Sequence record: OZ035785.1
Strand: one strand, 5' to 3'
DNA length: 64,000 nt
From: Tequatrovirus BCH953P2
The position numbers were made by a program, and so were the translations under genes. Below, in pieces: positions 62,029-64,000 of the stretch (its first letter is position 1; each line of letters begins with the position of its first letter). A model generated the notes under the pieces. That model was not told where the DNA came from. It saw nothing but the letters and a program-made list of their open reading frames with translations, and did no database searches.

Positions 62029-63025
62029 TTCAAGTGTTATCTATCGTGCGATAGTTACTTCAAAATTTAGAACAGAAAAAATGTTGAATTTTTATAATTC
62101 AATTGGAAGTGGTCCGGATAAAAACACTATCTTTATCACATTTGGAAGATCAGAACCGTGGTCATCAAATGAAAATGAGGTGGGCTTTGCCCCACCTTAT
62201 CCAACCGATTCTGTATTAGGCGTAACTGACATGTGGACGCATATGATGGGAACAGTAAAAGTTCTTCCATCAATGCTTGATGCAGTTATTCCTCGTAGAG
62301 ATTGGGGAGATACTCGATATCCTGATCCATACACATTTAGAATTAATGACATTGTAGTGTGTAACTCAGCTCCTTACAACGCTACTGAATCCGGCGCAGG
62401 CTGGTTAGTATATCGTTGTTTAGACGTTCCTGATACTGGAATGTGCTCAATAGCATCTTTAACTGATAAGGATGAATGCCTTAAATTAGGCGGAAAATGG
62501 ACACCTTCTGTTAGATCAATGACTCCTCCTGAAGGTCGAGGAGATGCTGAAGGAACAATTGAACCCGGAGACGGGTATGTGTGGGAATATCTATTTGAGA
62601 TTCCGCCTGATGTATCTATAAATAGATGCACGAATGAATATATCGTGGTTCCTTGGCCTGAGGAATTAAAAGAAGACCCGACTAGATGGGGGTATGAAGA
62701 TAATCTCACTTGGCAACAAGATGATTTTGGATTAATTTACCGTGTTAAGGCAAATACTATCCGTTTTAAAGCATATTTAGATTCAGTTTATTTTCCTGAA
62801 GCTGCATTGCCAGGAAATAAAGGATTTAGACAAATATCAATAATCACGAATCCTCTTGAAGCTAAAGCTCATCCAAATGACCCAAACGTTAAAGCTGAAA
62901 AGGATTATTATGATCCGGAAGATTTAATGAGGCATTCGGGTGAAATGATTTATATGGAAAATAGGCCACCTATTATTATGGCAATGGATCAGACAGAAGA
63001 AATCAATATTCTGTTTACATTTTAA
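62021..63025 (+). CDS. 8: baseplate wedge protein gp8
   Basis: 334 aa. Confidence 0.92.
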   Translation: MNDSSVIYRAIVTSKFRTEKMLNFYNSIGSGPDKNTIFITFGRSEPWSSNENEVGFAPPYPTDSVLGVTDMWTHMMGTVKVLPSMLDAVIPRRDWGDTRYPDPYTFRINDIVVCNSAPYNATESGAGWLVYRCLDVPDTGMCSIASLTDKDECLKLGGKWTPSVRSMTPPEGRGDAEGTIEPGDGYVWEYLFEIPPDVSINRCTNEYIVVPWPEELKEDPTRWGYEDNLTWQQDDFGLIYRVKANTIRFKAYLDSVYFPEAALPGNKGFRQISIITNPLEAKAHPNDPNVKAEKDYYDPEDLMRHSGEMIYMENRPPIIMAMDQTEEINILFTF

Positions 63026-63030
63026 ATTAA

Positions 63031-63056
63031 GGGAGCCCATGGGCTCCCTTTTTCTT
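63031..63056 (+). terminator. intrinsic terminator after gene 8
   Basis: GGGAGCCCAUGGGCUCCC stem-loop followed by UUUUUCUUU. Confidence 0.6.
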
Positions 63057-63064
63057 TATAAATA
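63057..63064 (+). promoter_or_regulatory. late promoter TATAAATA for gene 9
   Basis: Exact TATAAATA about 25 nt upstream of the gene 9 ATG. Confidence 0.65.
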
Positions 63065-63088
63065 CTATAAACTCATAAGGAAACCGCT

Positions 63089-63955
63089 ATGTTCATTCAA
63101 GAACCAAAGAAATTGATTGATACCGGCGAAATTGGTAACGCTTCTACTGGTGATATCTTATTCGACGGTGGTAATAAAATTAATAGTGATTTTAACGCAA
63201 TTTATAATGCGTTTGGCGATCAACGTAAAATGGCAGTAGCAAATGGCACCGGAGCAGATGGTCAAATTATCCATGCTACTGGATATTATCAAAAACACTC
63301 TATTACAGAGTACGCAACTCCAGTGAAAGTTGGCACTAGACATGATATTGATACCTCTACTGTAGGTGTTAAAGTTATCATTGAAAGAGGCGAACTTGGC
63401 GATTGTGTTGAATTTATTAACTCTAATGGATCAATATCAGTTACTAATCCTTTGACAATTCAAGCTATTGATTCAATTAAAGGTGTTTCAGGTAATTTAG
63501 TAGTAACTAGCCCATATAGTAAAGTAACTTTACGCTGTATTTCATCTGATAATTCCACGTCGGTTTGGAATTATTCTATTGAAAGTATGTTTGGACAAAA
63601 GGAATCACCGGCTGAAGGTACATGGAATATTTCTACATCTGGATCAGTTGATATTCCACTATTTCATCGCACTGAATACAATATGGCTAAATTGCTAGTT
63701 ACATGCCAATCGGTAGATGGAAGAAAAATTAAAACAGCAGAAATAAATATTCTTGTGGATACTGTCAATTCAGAGGTAATTTCTTCTGAATATGCTGTCA
63801 TGCGAGTTGGGAATGAAACCGAAGAAGACGAAATCGCTAATATTGCATTTAGTATTAAAGAAAATTATGTAACGGCGACTATAAGTTCTTCAACTGTCGG
63901 TATGAGAGCAGCAGTTAAAGTTATCGCTACGCAGAAAATCGGGGTGGCTCAATAA
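63089..63955 (+). CDS. 9: baseplate wedge / long tail fibre socket protein gp9
   Basis: 288 aa. Confidence 0.92.
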   Translation: MFIQEPKKLIDTGEIGNASTGDILFDGGNKINSDFNAIYNAFGDQRKMAVANGTGADGQIIHATGYYQKHSITEYATPVKVGTRHDIDTSTVGVKVIIERGELGDCVEFINSNGSISVTNPLTIQAIDSIKGVSGNLVVTSPYSKVTLRCISSDNSTSVWNYSIESMFGQKESPAEGTWNISTSGSVDIPLFHRTEYNMAKLLVTCQSVDGRKIKTAEINILVDTVNSEVISSEYAVMRVGNETEEDEIANIAFSIKENYVTATISSSTVGMRAAVKVIATQKIGVAQ

Positions 63956-64000
63956 TGAAACAAAATATTAATATCGGTAATGTTGTAGATGATGGTACCG
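63955..64000 (+). CDS. 10: baseplate wedge protein gp10, 5' end (runs off window)
   Basis: ATG at 63955 overlapping the gene 9 stop (TAATG); MKQNINIGNVVDDGT. Confidence 0.7.
   Translation, partial: MKQNINIGNVVDDGT

Overview
This window is a contiguous segment of a T4-like (T-even type) myovirus genome, recognised from the six-frame translations and conserved gene order. Positions 1-53770 are almost entirely minus-strand early/middle genes: 41 (5' end), 40, uvsX, a glycosyltransferase, 42, imm, 43, regA, 62, 44, 45, rpbA, 46, 47, a-gt, 55, nrdH, nrdG, nrdD, 49, pin, nrdC, a block of unknown-function genes between nrdC and rI, rI, tk, regB, the vs block, denV, e, nudE, a 10-member tRNA cluster, 57B, 57A, 1, 3, 2 and 4. 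Positions 53818-64000 carry plus-strand late baseplate genes 53, 5, 5.1, 5.4, 6, 7, 8, 9 and the start of 10. It is not T4 itself: the beta-gt locus holds a different DxD glycosyltransferase, nrdD is uninterrupted (no intron), two seg-like GIY-YIG homing endonuclease genes sit at positions where T4 has none (one frameshifted), and the tRNA cluster carries three extra or atypical tRNA-like genes plus a T5orf172-type gene. No single novel system is proven; the best candidates for undescribed biology are three genes carrying the internal-protein capsid-targeting leader, an ATPase / nucleotidyltransferase / membrane-protein trio, a macro-domain gene, and an imm-adjacent lipoprotein cassette. All calls rest on reading the sequence and on recalled T4 biology; no database search was run.
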